Shown piece after piece: positions 39,501 to 48,519 of a DNA stretch of 64,000 nucleotides (its first letter is position 1; each line of letters opens with the position of its first letter). The notes under the pieces are model-generated. The model worked only from the letters and a program-made list of their open reading frames with translations, was not told where the DNA came from and made no database searches. The position numbers and the translations under genes are program-made. The DNA comes from Podarcis vaucheri. Its lineage: Eukaryota. The DNA lies in the NCBI GenBank assembly GCA_965113315.1, contig OZ220379.1; one strand, 5' to 3'.

Positions 39501-40663
39501 TTCTGAATCATGCCCATTCTCAGCATTCTATTCTGAAAGCCTGAGGTACAACGACTTATTCCACATGTTACAGATGACCATCATATGTCTTGACATTTAC
39601 ATATATAGATAATTATATCCGAAGAAAGGGACTGTTTTATTTGTTCAACAGGAGACAATGGCAATAAAGAGACCTTGGCCAGGAAATTATGGATGATATC
39701 CAACCTTAGTCATAATCTGAGTAGACCCATTAAGTTGTTTAAGTCGACTGATTTAAATGGGTTTACTCTGGGTATGACTAATGTTAGCTCTCACCCAGTA
39801 TCTCTTCCGTTATAGTTTATCTGAGGCATTTGACAACCTTAAAGCAGTTTGGTGGAATTGCCTTCCTTTTGTACGCTCAGAGCCCACACAGATGACCAAA
39901 CTGCTTTTCACACTCATGATCATCTGTATCATCCTGCAAAATCTCAATGTGAATGGTGCAAATGCATAGTAAAACAGCTGTTGTTCCAGGTAGGAACTGT
40001 TGTACAGTGGTGCATCGCAAGACGAAAATAATTCGTTCCGCGAGTCTTTTCGTCTTGCGATGTTTTTCGTCTTGCGAAGCACAGTCCATCGCAACTGCAC
40101 CTCTTCAAGCGGCTTTAAGAAAAAAAGCACAAGACGTTTTCATCTTGCGAAGCAAGCCCATAGGGAAATTCATCTAGCGAAGCAACGCAAAACCGAAAAA
40201 CCCTTTCGTCTAGTGAGTTTTTCGTCTTGCGAGGCATTCGTCTAGCGGGGCACCACTGTACATGGAGATTTTAGTATCTATAACTGAGGACACAATCCAT
40301 CTAGCAAACTGAAATCATGCACAAGGGCTTCCACTTGCACAATGGGGTTTTCCCCCTTTCTGCCCCCCCCCATTTATTTTTATTTTTATTTTGCTTTGGG
40401 GGTTGCAAGGACCCCCAGAATAGCAGGGGGGGTCATTCTGTCTGGCAAACAGATATGCTTGTGCAGACCAAATGTTTATTTTAGTGTGACATTGAATTCT
40501 ACCCTCTGATGCTCGTTGGAGAATTTTCCTTATCTTTTTATCATCAGTTATAGCAACGAAAAGTCAGGAAAGTGATTACCGGCCTATAATGAAGAATGTG
40601 ACAAAGCAGATTGCAGAATATAACAAAACCCTCATCGAAGCTTTACAGAGCAGCAGGACCTGA
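706..40663 (+). CDS. IFT74: Intraflagellar transport protein 74, complete spliced CDS (19 coding exons, 1800 nt, 599 aa)
   Basis: Manually spliced exons with canonical splice sites and consistent phases translate [15 protein letters not shown]...[14 protein letters not shown]...[16 protein letters not shown]...[14 protein letters not shown]...[28 protein letters not shown]...*, colinear with vertebrate IFT74. The non-coding first exon probably lies upstream of the window. Confidence 0.97.
1423..1630 (+). mobile_element. CORE-type SINE (Squam3/MIR-like); further degraded copies near 55290-55440 and 56320-56520
   Basis: TGACCTTGGGCCA...CTCAGTCTAACCTATCTCACAGGGT..TTGTGAGGATAAAATGG core. Confidence 0.6.
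1773..1908 (+). CDS. IFT74: IFT74 coding exon 2
   Basis: ttag|[45 protein letters not shown](G)|gtatt. Confidence 0.95.
2388..2436 (+). CDS. IFT74: IFT74 coding exon 3
   Basis: ttag|[15 protein letters not shown](R)|gtatgt. Confidence 0.95.
4012..4110 (+). CDS. IFT74: IFT74 coding exon 4
   Basis: acag|[32 protein letters not shown](R)|gtgaga. Confidence 0.95.
4302..4553. mobile_element. Tc1/mariner-type MITE
   Basis: TA|CAGTGGTACCTCG ... AAGGTACGACTG terminal inverted repeats. Confidence 0.65.
4623..4659. repeat. (ATTT)n microsatellite
   Basis: Direct reading. Confidence 0.9.
4803..4863 (+). CDS. IFT74: IFT74 coding exon 5
   Basis: ttag|[20 protein letters not shown]|gtatgt. Confidence 0.95.
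4995..5054 (+). CDS. IFT74: IFT74 coding exon 6
   Basis: ttag|[20 protein letters not shown]|gtgagt. Confidence 0.95.
6307..6368 (+). CDS. IFT74: IFT74 coding exon 7
   Basis: atag|[20 protein letters not shown](A)|gtaagt. Confidence 0.95.
6523..7845 (-). mobile_element. Degraded L2-clade LINE 3' portion with (TAA)n tail
   Basis: Minus-strand remnants [12 protein letters not shown]...SSLDYCN; same 3' body as the other L2 copies. Confidence 0.75.
8127..8368. mobile_element. Tc1/mariner-type MITE (same family as 16179-16419 and 57905-58144)
   Basis: TA-flanked CAG..CTG TIRs; shared GTTCTGGAAGTC..TTCGACTTC..AAAC body. Confidence 0.75.
8635..8948 (-). CDS. LRRC19: LRRC19 terminal exon (TM and cytoplasmic tail)
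   Basis: [26 protein letters not shown]...SYNHSRLEE...[16 protein letters not shown]. Confidence 0.94.
8635..13954 (-). CDS. LRRC19: Leucine-rich repeat-containing protein 19, complete spliced CDS (4 coding exons, 1086 nt, 361 aa), nested antisense in an IFT74 intron
   Basis: Signal peptide, LRR repeats, LRRCT (GNPWNCSC), TM helix ([31 protein letters not shown]) and tail [10 protein letters not shown] typical of LRRC19; phases join correctly; same nested position as in mammals. Confidence 0.95.
9114..9940. mobile_element. Non-autonomous Tc1/mariner(pogo/Tc2)-like element with internal GC-rich hairpin tandem repeat
   Basis: TA|CCGTATTTTTCGC.C.ATAGGACGCAC ... GTGCGTCCTATGGTGCGAAAAATACGG|TA TIRs. 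Confidence 0.85.
9205..9590. repeat. About 3.5 x ~110-bp tandem repeat, each unit an inverted repeat
   Basis: CTCTCCCGGCTGGAGA starts at 9213, 9324, 9433 and 9546. Confidence 0.9.
11219..11410 (-). CDS. LRRC19: LRRC19 LRRCT/stalk exon
   Basis: (Q)[30 protein letters not shown]...KALKS(G)|gtatat; 192 nt keeps phase. Confidence 0.9.
12091..12601 (-). CDS. LRRC19: LRRC19 LRR exon
   Basis: [31 protein letters not shown]...LYLSNNSI...[26 protein letters not shown]|gtaagt. Confidence 0.94.
13373..13690. mobile_element. Unclassified (possibly RTE-related) interspersed repeat; related head at 35766-35830
   Basis: GGCATCC.TCTG.CTCG...GACA.TGGA...CAGGGGT.A..TCAAA shared between the two loci. Confidence 0.4.
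13886..13954 (-). CDS. LRRC19: LRRC19 first coding exon (signal peptide); exon begins at 13963
   Basis: cag|gttcagaatATG: [23 protein letters not shown]|gtaagc. Confidence 0.85.
14184..14579 (-). mobile_element. 5'-truncated L1-clade LINE 3' end with 18-bp TSD
   Basis: ORF2 end [30 protein letters not shown]-rich tail, TSD TATTTCACCTAGTGTTCT at 14166-14183 and 14580-14597. Confidence 0.8.
15364..15770 (-). promoter_or_regulatory. LRRC19: Candidate LRRC19 non-coding exon 1 donor and upstream promoter region
   Basis: Perfect AAG|GTAAGT donor on the - strand at 15364-15372. The first coding exon starts with an acceptor, so an upstream exon is required. CDX-like (15605-15613, 15658-15666) and HNF4-like (CAAAGTGCA 15754-15762) motifs nearby. 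Confidence 0.35.
16179..16419. mobile_element. Tc1/mariner-type MITE
   Basis: TA|CAGTTGTACCT ... AAGGTACTACTG|TA. Confidence 0.75.
16655..16730. repeat. Compound microsatellite (GCT)n / (TTTC)n / (TC)n
   Basis: Direct reading. Confidence 0.85.
17081..17181 (+). mobile_element. Penelope-like element fragment
   Basis: CTGAAGAAGTGTGCATGCACAC.GAAGCTCATACC...GTTGGTCTCTAAGGTGCTAC typical of reptile PLE ends; TTCCTTCAAG on both flanks. Confidence 0.55.
17707..18052 (-). mobile_element. Sauria SINE
   Basis: tRNA-related head, body and (ACCTTT)n tail; TSD TGCTGTGGCTA. Confidence 0.9.
18631..18769 (+). CDS. IFT74: IFT74 coding exon 8
   Basis: gcag|[46 protein letters not shown]|gtgacg. Confidence 0.95.
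19153..19247 (+). mobile_element. Bov-B/RTE LINE 3' end fragment
   Basis: GGAAGACAGGAGTGC.TGGCGTGCTCTGGTCC.TGGG.TCACGAAGAGTCGGACAC..ACTAAACAAC. Confidence 0.7.
19571..19633 (+). CDS. IFT74: IFT74 coding exon 9
   Basis: gtag|[21 protein letters not shown]|gtatgt. Confidence 0.94.
20162..20305 (+). CDS. IFT74: IFT74 coding exon 10
   Basis: tcag|[48 protein letters not shown]|gtatgt. Confidence 0.95.
20657..20697 (+). CDS. IFT74: IFT74 coding exon 11
   Basis: aaag|[13 protein letters not shown](Q)|gtgagt. Confidence 0.94.
21191..21326. mobile_element. Palindromic hAT-type MITE
   Basis: CAGGCATCCCCAAACT ... AGTTTGGGGATGCCTG, near-complete hairpin; same family as 24675-24808. Confidence 0.8.
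21728..21807 (+). CDS. IFT74: IFT74 coding exon 12
   Basis: ttag|[26 protein letters not shown](G)|gtaaaa. Confidence 0.95.
22516..22738. mobile_element. Tc1/mariner-type MITE (CAGTGGTACCTCGGGTTA family)
   Basis: Perfect TIR CAGTGGTACCTCGGGTTA / TAACCCGAGGTACCACTG, TA TSD. Confidence 0.9.
24445..24498 (+). CDS. IFT74: IFT74 coding exon 13
   Basis: gtag|[17 protein letters not shown](N)|gtaagt. Confidence 0.95.
24675..24808. mobile_element. Palindromic hAT-type MITE with 8-bp TSD
   Basis: TIR CAGGCATGGCCAAACTTG / CAAGTTTGGCCATGCCTG; TSD GTATAGAG at 24667-24674 and 24809-24816. Confidence 0.9.
25372..25837. mobile_element. Tc2/pogo-like MITE inserted in a hAT-like fragment that starts at 25075
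   Basis: TA|CCGTATTTTTCGCTCCATAAGACGCAC ... GTGCGTCTTATAGAGCAAAAAATACGG|TA; host begins CAGGGGTCGGCAACC. Confidence 0.85.
26441..26538 (+). CDS. IFT74: IFT74 coding exon 14
   Basis: ttag|[32 protein letters not shown]|gtgagt. Confidence 0.95.
28501..28627 (+). CDS. IFT74: IFT74 coding exon 15
   Basis: gcag|[42 protein letters not shown](D)|gtatgg. Confidence 0.95.
30639..31341. mobile_element. Solo LTR (Gypsy-like) interrupted by an L2 fragment
   Basis: TG...CA termini with 5-bp TSD ATCCC (30634-30638, 31342-31346). Confidence 0.6.
30814..31181 (-). mobile_element. L2-clade LINE 3' fragment
   Basis: [14 protein letters not shown]...[14 protein letters not shown]; microsatellite tail. Confidence 0.85.
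31437..31510 (-). mobile_element. CR1-type 3' terminus
   Basis: (ATTCTATG)n tail on the - strand. Confidence 0.7.
31982..32223. mobile_element. Tc1/mariner-type MITE
   Basis: CAGTGGTACCTCGGGTTA TIR, TA TSD. Confidence 0.88.
32293..32658 (+). mobile_element. Sauria SINE, young full-length copy
   Basis: GGGACGCGGGTGGCGCTG head, B-box GGTTCGAATCC, (ACCTTT)3 tail, perfect 13-bp TSD TAACACATTTTCA. Confidence 0.93.
32724..32994. mobile_element. Tc1/mariner-type MITE (CGCAAGACGAA family; also 40005-40258 and 45531-45858)
   Basis: TA-flanked CA.TGGTGCCTCGCAAGACGAA / TTCGTCTTGCGAGGTACCACTG. Confidence 0.88.
33452..34026 (-). mobile_element. L2-clade LINE 3' fragment
   Basis: [14 protein letters not shown]...[30 protein letters not shown]; (TAA)/(TAAA)n tail. 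Confidence 0.9.
34851..35014 (+). CDS. IFT74: IFT74 coding exon 16
   Basis: tcag|[54 protein letters not shown]|gtagtt. Confidence 0.95.
35387..35705 (-). mobile_element. CR1 LINE 3' fragment
   Basis: [25 protein letters not shown]...[19 protein letters not shown], the CR1 ORF2 C-terminus. Confidence 0.88.
35850..36195 (+). mobile_element. Sauria SINE
   Basis: Head, body and tail present; TSD TACT(G/A)CTGTTA. Confidence 0.9.
37274..37399 (+). CDS. IFT74: IFT74 coding exon 17
   Basis: taag|[42 protein letters not shown]|gtacag. Confidence 0.94.
39333..39393 (+). CDS. IFT74: IFT74 coding exon 18
   Basis: gcag|[20 protein letters not shown](F)|GTATCCTTT (U12-type donor). Confidence 0.95.
39394..40547 (+). 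other. IFT74: U12-type (minor spliceosome) GT-AG intron, last intron of IFT74
   Basis: Donor GTATCCTTT is the U12 consensus; U12-like branch site TTCCTTATC at 40526-40534, about 15 nt before the AG. Confidence 0.88.
40005..40258. mobile_element. Tc1/mariner-type MITE inside the U12 intron
   Basis: TA|CAGTGGTGC..CGC.AGACGAA TIRs. Confidence 0.85.
40548..40663 (+). CDS. IFT74: IFT74 terminal coding exon 19
   Basis: tcag|[40 protein letters not shown]. Confidence 0.95.
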
Positions 40664-40978
40664 TCTTAGGCACGTCCTTCACATGTCCGTGGACCAATGA
40701 GAAGAATTATTTATAGTTCTACACACTCCCCCAGTACACAACAGCAATATCTATGTGCATTTTTCATTCTGGCTAGTTAACAACAACCAGGAATTTGTTT
40801 CTTTAAAATTAACTTCACTGGATTTAGTCCTCTATTCTCTGCCAATGGTTTATTGGAAACAATGTAATTTACATCATTTTGGCCTTACTAAGTTAAGAAA
40901 ATAATTCTATCCATCTTATTTTAAGAATTTTTATAAGGGGAGAGGGGTGAATTGTAGGTATAAAATCAGATATGTAGC

Positions 40979-40984
40979 AATAAA
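40979..40984 (+). terminator. IFT74: Candidate IFT74 polyadenylation signal AATAAA
   Basis: First AATAAA I found after the stop codon, about 315 nt downstream. Confidence 0.55.
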
Positions 40985-41514
40985 TAATTAAAAAAACTCA
41001 AGGGCGAATTATCCAGCATTATTTTCAAGAGAATATTATTTCATAGGGATCACATGCCATAGGATACAAGTTCTCATGCCTCAGAATTCAAGAAAATGGG
41101 TTTTTGGCTATACTGTGAACATAAAATTGTTTCTAAATTTATGCATGCGTAAAGGAGAAATGTGTTTATTTTACCTTTTAATGTGAACCTACCTAATTTT
41201 CAGTTCCCAAACTAATACATTAACTGAAACACAGCTATCTTTCTCCCTTACCTGAATCTTTCAATGCAATTCTCCAGTCAAAAAATACTTCATTCTCCAG
41301 GAGAATTTATCCTTTGAGTATCAAAGATATCAGATGTCTGATCCACGTTAATTTAGAGCAGGGTTTTTAGCGTGGCTGCCCCTTTTATGTGGAAATCCAT
41401 TCCTGTTGATATATGAAAGAAACCCACTATCTGCATTTTCCGGGGGGGGGGGGAGATTCCATTTGACTTCCAAGGTACGACTTTACAACCTATAATGCCC
41501 TCTCTGACATGTGA

Positions 41515-44491
41515 ATGAATGAACTTTATTACGGTCACAGACCAGGATAAAAAACAAACAAACATATAAATAAAATAGCAGTTAGGATTTTTTAAACTGA
41601 TAAATGTTGGAGCAAATAAGGACAAAGAAACAAACATAGGATAAAACCTCTGAATAAAATACAAGATTAAACACGGATAATGGATGGATAAAAACTGATA
41701 ATTAAAATAGATAAAAACTAAAAACAAATAAAAACATGCAGTTAAAACAACTGTAAGGGCGTAAGAACTAAAAGACTCACAGTTAAAACAACTATAAGAG
41801 GCTGCAGAGTAGAAGCCTCTGAAATAGAGGACACAGGCATTAGAAACTGATGTGCAGATATGGTTAAAACAGACAATTAAAACAATGTGCAACAATAAAT
41901 TTAGGGACAATGTGCAACAATAAACTATCCCAGGGAGTTGACGCAGAGTCACCCATGGAACCAAGTTTGGGGATTTTCATGCCGGACTATTTTGAGTTGG
42001 GCGATTGTCTGCGTCTACAGATTTGTACACAGAATCTGGCGACCGTCCAGGTCTTCTTCTGATCTTTGCCTAACAGCAAAAGGTCAAATTTTTGCTTTTG
42101 CGGGAGGTCAGCGAGCCTTACCAGTAGGGGATCAATGACCTTACTACGTGCCTCTTCATAAAAGGGACATTTAAAGAACAAGTCCTCTGGGCTTCCTATC
42201 TCTCCCAATGGACAGGTGCAAAGTCTCTGGGCATAGGGGACTTCTCTAAAGGCTCCATCCAGGACCGGCGAGGGAAGAGCCGCCCTTCTGGCGAGTGCAA
42301 AGGCCCTTCTTGCATTTCTAGATACGAGAAAGAAGAGATATGCTGCCGGTCCGGATATGTATCTCTCGATTTCTCCAATTCTGTAGTCGGGGTACTTTGC
42401 GCAGTCCTGTTGTCTCTCGGTATCTAATATTCTTTGCCTGACCGTGGCTTTTGCCTGGCACAAGCCCAGACTTAGAAGGGCTTGAGGGGCAAAACCCAGT
42501 TTCTGGAGGGTGTTATCAGAACTGCAGTCTGCCAGCCTGACTGGAATTGGTCGCAGAGGATCAGTGGGGCTATCCCTCGGGGGAGCAGATTCAACGTCAG
42601 CCATTTGTAGATTGATGTTAAACAAATGCTAGCCTCCACTCTCATCATCCCCGTTTCCAATCTCACCCATGCCTTTGAGACACATCTGGGGACTTGGAGG
42701 AGAGCTCTAAGAAGTCTAGATTGAACTCTCTCAAGGGGGGAGAAAGCAGAGGAAGGCGGACCCAAAAAGGAACCATACAGGAGTTGTGCCAAAGTTTTGG
42801 CCTTGTATAATTTTAGAGCTGTGGGAACGAAGAAGCCCCATTGCGCTCTGAAGAATTCAAGAATACAATTTGCGTTTTTCCCCACTGAACTCCCGATGGA
42901 GTTTATGTGTAGTTTGTTGGTTCCTGAGGCCTGTACCACCATTCCTAGATACTTGTAGTTTGTGAATTGTTCTAATTTATGGCCTTGGAGTTCCCAGCTT
43001 CTAAGCTTTGGTTTTTTCCCAAAAGCGAGTATCGTGGTCTTTTGATAGTTGATTTTGAGACATTCAGATTCACAGTATGCTGCGAGCTTTCTTAGTGCTC
43101 TTTTGAGTCCTATGCGGGTTCTAGATAGAATTACCGCATCATCGGCATATAGCAGGACCAAAATATGCCGATTTGCAAGCTTCGGTGGATGGAGTTTTGA
43201 GTCATTGAGTGCAGATACTAAGTTATTTAGGTAGAAATTAAATAGTAGAGGGGCCAATAGGCACCCTTGCCTGACTCCTTTGAAGGTTTTAATTGGGTCT
43301 GTTAGGTGTCCTAGGCGGCTGCACCTGACTCTAAGAGCCTTGTTTGCGTTCAGTGCCTGAATTAAGAGCGTATAGTGAGGCCTGCCCTCCTGATTTGTAT
43401 TTGTCAATGAGATGCTGTAGCGTTAGGCAGTGATCTGTTGTGGACCTTCCAGGTCTGAAGCCCGCTTGTTCTATTGCCAGGATATCTTCATTCTCTAGCC
43501 ATTCTGTAAACTTATTAAGGAGGTGCTTTGCGTAGTTTACTAATCACACTTAATAGGCTAATCGGCCTATAATTCGCTGTGTCGCCTCTGTTGCCCTTTT
43601 TATAGATTGGAACTATTATGGCTGTTCCCCATTCCCTTGGGATGCAGCCAGTGTCATCTATATAGGTGAAGAGGGTGGCTAAGAAAGGTGCCCACCAATC
43701 TGCCTGTGCTTTTATCATTTCTGGCGTAATGCCGTCTGAGCCTGGGGCTTTGGCCATTTTCAGTTGGTTTATATATGATTTCAATTCAGTTACTGAAACA
43801 GGCGGCCATTTAGCCAGTTGTTCTATATTATAATTCCGTAGTGGAGGTTCAGCGTCCTCGCACAAAGATTGGAAGAATGAGACCCACAGGCTAGGGGGAA
43901 TTTGTGAGGTTAAGGGGGAAATAGCTTTATGGATGCCAGAAGCTACCAGTTTCCAGAATAGTGTCTGATCTTTTGCTTTTGCCGCACTAATTAATTCTAG
44001 CCAACATTTTCTGGTATAGGCTTTCTTTTGGTGGAGTATTAGGTCTTTATACTCTTTTTTTAGGGTACGGACAGCAAGATAGGCTTGATGTCTGACAGAA
44101 TTTTCGGCTGTCAGGGCAGCTTTGTAAGCATTTTGCAGGGCTTTCTTTGCCTCAAAGCAGGTGTAATCAAACCAGGGTTTATTTGATGTTATTGGTTTAG
44201 TTGGCCTTTTCTCTGTGGTATTAAAAAGATAGGGTTTAAATTGTTGGAGCAGGCTCTCATATTTGGAAACTGGGTCCTCAGGCCTAGGATTATCCCCAAA
44301 GCCAGTTAAAATTGTATGGAGTTTTTCAGAGGTTAGAATCTTCTTCAGTTTGGAGTCAAGTGCAGGGGTCCATTTGACTCGGCAACCAGGTCGCTCTAAT
44401 GCGGTGATCTCTGCAGGGTATACTGTTCTCAGGAAGGGTGACTTGTTTAATGGAGACACCTGGAGGTGAAAAGGGAAATGGTCCCCCTCTA
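41515..44491 (-). mobile_element. 5'-truncated, frameshifted non-LTR retrotransposon, probably RTE-X clade (~3 kb)
   Basis: ORF pieces 43515-44459 (KPWFD..C, KAPGSDG, PIYKKG..NYRPISLL), 42472-43407 (GVRQGC.LAP.LF, YADD), 41987-42625 (C-terminal RLCTC...CPFY..AR); 3' TGGTCTGTGACCGTAATAAA + (TTCA)n; TSD CTCTGACA(T/C)GTGA at 41502-41514 and 44492-44504. Confidence 0.85.
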
Positions 44492-45530
44492 CTCTGACAC
44501 GTGATTTTCCCCCTCATCCACTGGCAGATTATTTACACAGAATTTGCCTTCCAGACCATATTGGACACCCAGTAGGTTTTATTTTTTTGTAAAGTGAATT
44601 CATGTGTACCATTTGGCTAACTTGAGCAAAGTGAGAGCACTATTAAGAAGCGAAAACATGCATATATTAGCCAATTTCCTGCTCAACCTGGTAAATCTGT
44701 TGCATTCTGGGTTTTCTTTCCTTCATATTACAATATATCTAGATAAGACACAACAGGATTTGTATAGGCCTGAATCTGTTATCTAGGGGAAATTCCCACT
44801 AATATCTCTTCCTTCCTTTGGGGGAGAGCTTTCAGTTATTGCAGTGAGAGTCTTTTTTCCCCTTTTTTTGCTGAGGTAAAGTTGGTGTCTAATATCCTCA
44901 CAGGCATCTTTCTCGGCCGCTCGGTTTGCCCACTGAAATCCCTTCGCGTTTAAAACAACACGTTTTGATGAACGATGGAAAGAACCCACCTACTGAATAA
45001 ACAAGGAATAAAATTCGCTTCTGCTCTTCTCATGGGCTCCTTACAACATAGCACTGCTTTTGCAAAATAGCATGGGAAAGTTCACCGGCTTTTGTTCTGT
45101 CCTTTGTAGGACTTCTACCATAAACAAAACCCTGCCTGTAGAGTTATATGTTCCTATTTTCTTTTCCCATGAAGCTTTTCTCATTAACCTATAGGTACTT
45201 CAAGACTGACTGTCCATTTCCTTCCTCAAAACTTCCCTCTGAAAGCAACAGGTTCTGAGGCTCTAGAACAAGCAGTTTTGTGTCAGTGTAGCCCAGAAAC
45301 CCCAATTTTGGATATAGTTATCTGCATAATATTTGAGACAGGAGAGTGGGGAGGAGTTGCTCCCCACAAGGCTTGCCCTACTCCTCCCCACCTAAAATTT
45401 AACTTGTAGAACATAGTTCATCCCCTCATCAGAATATGCCCCCCATTAATTTATCCTCCTCTCCACCTGGTCTGCATATATTGCTGTATAGTACCGCATA
45501 TATGTGAAAGGATGTGTGAAAAATCATATA

Positions 45531-45858
45531 CAGTGGTGCCCCGCAAGACGAATGCCTCGCAAGACGGAAAACTCGCTAGACGAAAGAGTTTTCCGTTTTG
45601 GAGGTGCTTCGCAAAACGAATTTCCTATGGGCTTGCTTCGCAAGACGACAATGTCTTGCGAGTTCCTGCTGGTTTTTTTTTCCTTTCTCCCCCCTTTTTC
45701 TAAGCCGCTAAGCTGCTTATCAGCTGATCCGATCAGCAGATAAGCCGCTAATAGCGCTAATCCGCTAATCCGTCAATGGGCTTGTGTCGCAAGATGAAAA
45801 AACCGCTAGACGAAGAGAATCACAGAACAGATTCTTTTCGTCTTGCGAGGCACCACTG
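45531..45858. mobile_element. Tc1/mariner-type MITE
   Basis: TA|CAGTGGTGCCCCGCAAGACGAA ... TTCGTCTTGCGAGGCACCACTG|TA. Confidence 0.88.
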
Positions 45859-46440
45859 TATTTTAGCTCTGGGCAGCAAGAATTAGACAAGTGTACAAAT
45901 TTGTGTGTGTGACAAATTCCAGAGGGGCCATCCTATTAGGCTGCAATGGATTGCATTGGATTGTTTTGAAAGTCATTGCACCATGAGGTGGAAAAAAAGA
46001 CGCTCTCCGTCCTGTCCTGTATTTTGCCAGAACAAAGAAGCCAACCTCAAATGCTTAGGAAAGCAGTGTCTACTGCTGCAGCAAACTGCTGGGAAAGGAC
46101 CAGAAAAGGCACTATGGGGCTCAGTAATTTTAGATGACTTAATGGTCTTAATCGACAGGTGCTTTTTAGAAGGTGATGTGGGGGGATATTTTTCCAGCCA
46201 GAACGCTTTACTAAGCATTCGTTCTGATTTGTTTGCAAAGAGGTTAGACAATGTTGTTTCAGTCAGTTGATGTCCGACCGCTTTCCAGTGCCTTTTCCCA
46301 CCTTATCACAGAAAAATCTGGGCATTGGAAAGGTGGGTTTGTGGCCTCCAAGCACCAAATCAGCTGGAATTGCACAAGCTGAATTTGCTGGTATGCAATT
46401 GAATCCCACCCCAAAATAGGAACAAGTCTTTGCTGCATTT

Positions 46441-47168
46441 AGTAGTAGTAGTAGTACAATTTATTACCTACCTCGCTGTGGTCTCAACCACTGAGCCTCT
46501 TGAGCTTGCCGATCGTAAGGCCGGCAGTTCGAATCCGTGCGATGGGATGAGCTTCTGTTGCTCTGTCCCTGCTCCTGCCAACCTAGCAGTTCGAAAGTAC
46601 ATCAAAGTGCAAGTAGATAAATAGGTACCGCTGTGGCGGGAAGACAAACAGCGTTTCCATGCGCTTTGGCTTCCATCATGGTGTCCCATTGCACCAGAAA
46701 TGGTTTAGTCCTGCTGGCCACATCATCCGGAAAAAGCTGTCTGCGGACAAACACTGGCTCCCTTGGCCTGAAAGCAGAAATGGGCAACCACAGCCCATAG
46801 TTGAATTTGACTGCACTTAACCGTCTGGGGGTCCTTTACCTTGCCAACCCTTCATCCAAAGGTAATTTTTTTTTACAAAAGAGTCACATTTTTAAAAGGT
46901 TTGGGATGTTGACCAGGTCAACCAAAGGGCTGGTTAAAAAGGAACATTTTTGCCTGGCACCTAAAGGTGTTTAATGAAGGTGCTAGGTGAACCTCCCTGG
47001 GGAGAGCATTCCACAGACGGGGAGCCACTGCAGAGAAGGCCCTGTTCTCGTGTTGCCACCCTCCAGACCTCTTGAGGAGGGGGCACATAAAGGAGGGCCT
47101 CGGAAGATGATCTCAGGAACCGGCTAGGTTCATACAGAAAGAGGCGGTCCTGAAGTATTGCGGTCCTG
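46441..47168 (-). mobile_element. Older L2 3' fragment interrupted by a Sauria SINE
   Basis: (AGT)n tail at 46441; L2 body 46850-47168. Confidence 0.65.
46474..46842 (+). mobile_element. Sauria SINE (5'-clipped)
   Basis: B-box GTTCGAATCC, GCAAGTAGATAAATAGGTACC, CCTTTACC tail. Confidence 0.85.
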
Positions 47169-48101
47169 TGGGTTTCTGTGACCTGTTTCCGTGGAAGGCA
47201 GCAAAATATGATTTCTGGAGCTGTGTAAATCTGAATGTCAGTTGCCTTCCCCATCCCTTCCCCTCAGCTTTCTAACCAAATCACCTCAAAATGCCAACTA
47301 TTAGTCAAATCTCATGATAGAAGAGAAGCATCTATGCAGGATTTACTGGGCTTTGGGTCGACCTTGAACTTTAATTAATGTGTGTGACTCATCAGCCACC
47401 AAATTAGTAATTCTCTCTAAAAGATCTCAGAATTTGCCCTTGTAGTTCCACCCTTGAAATTTCCCAGACGTTCCACATGAAGGAGGTCTATCGTTTGACC
47501 TATCCGTTTATTATATGCATGCAAATTTGAGGTTTAGGTGGGGTGGGTGTACATCGGAAACCATAAAGTCAGTTTTGCAACTGGGCACATCGCAAGAACT
47601 TGATGTGCCAGTGAATTGTTGTGTACAGAGGTGGCCATTCGAACCAAGAACAATGTTGAGACATTAATCAAGGAAGTGCCAGGAGAGCATAAATGAACGG
47701 TTTCCAAACCAAACATTCCTTATTTTTGCATTAAAACGGGAGAGGGAAGAATGAGAAGGGAAGGACAACGTGTTTCGCCGTTATACAGAGCTGAGTTCAA
47801 ATTCCAGCCTTGAAATGACACACAGCATATTTCCAAAGCTAAGTGGCTTCCGGCTCTTATTCACAGCCGGCTGCAGGACAACCAAAAGCAGTAGCTGGAA
47901 CCACACAGTCATGAAAAAAGCAGTATTTTGGCTAAGAAACAAAAAAGGGCAGCCTAGGTTTTCTGAGCACAATTCTTCTCCCCACCCCTTTTTTTTCTTT
48001 TGCAAAATGTCCTCTCCTCCCCCAATTTACTCACCCTTTACATGGCAAAGGCCCTTACCCCTCCAACATTTCTCTGATGAAAATCTGGAGGTCCTATTCA
48101 A

Positions 48102-48275
48102 TTATTATTATTATTATTATTATACCTCACCCATTTGACTGGGTTGTCCCAGCCACTCTGGGCGGCTTCCAACACATATAAAAACATAAGAAAACATTAA
48201 ACATTTTTTTAAAAAAACTTCCCCATACAGAGCTGCCTTCAGATGTCTTCTAAGAGTCGTATAGTTACTTATCTC
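48102..48275 (-). mobile_element. L2 3' terminal fragment with (TAA)n tail
   Basis: CCAGCCACTCTGGGCGGCTTCCAAC...GCTGCCTTCAGATGTCTTCTAA. Confidence 0.75.
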
Positions 48276-48519
48276 TGGTTCGGGAGTCACATAGTTCCAT
48301 GACCGATTAAAATAGGGACATCCCTTCCATGCCCCCCAACATTTCTCCGATGAAAATCGGGACGTCCTAAGGAAAAGCGGGACATTCTGGGATCAAATCA
48401 GAAACCGGGATCCTGTAAATGCGGAGCTGTTCCTGGGAAATAGGGGCACTTGGAGGGTGTGCAGGCAATGTGTCCTTTTCCTCCACCATGCCACTGATGT
48501 ATTACAAGGGTTGCCAGTA

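Noticed and set aside
41353-41964. 203-aa hydrophobic ORF
   Set aside because: T-rich 3'UTR of the LINE; compositional artefact.
44783-45010. Possible terminal exon of an unknown minus-strand gene between IFT74 and TEK
   Set aside because: An acceptor-like sequence exists, but the frames are short, unrecognisable and have no linked upstream exons.
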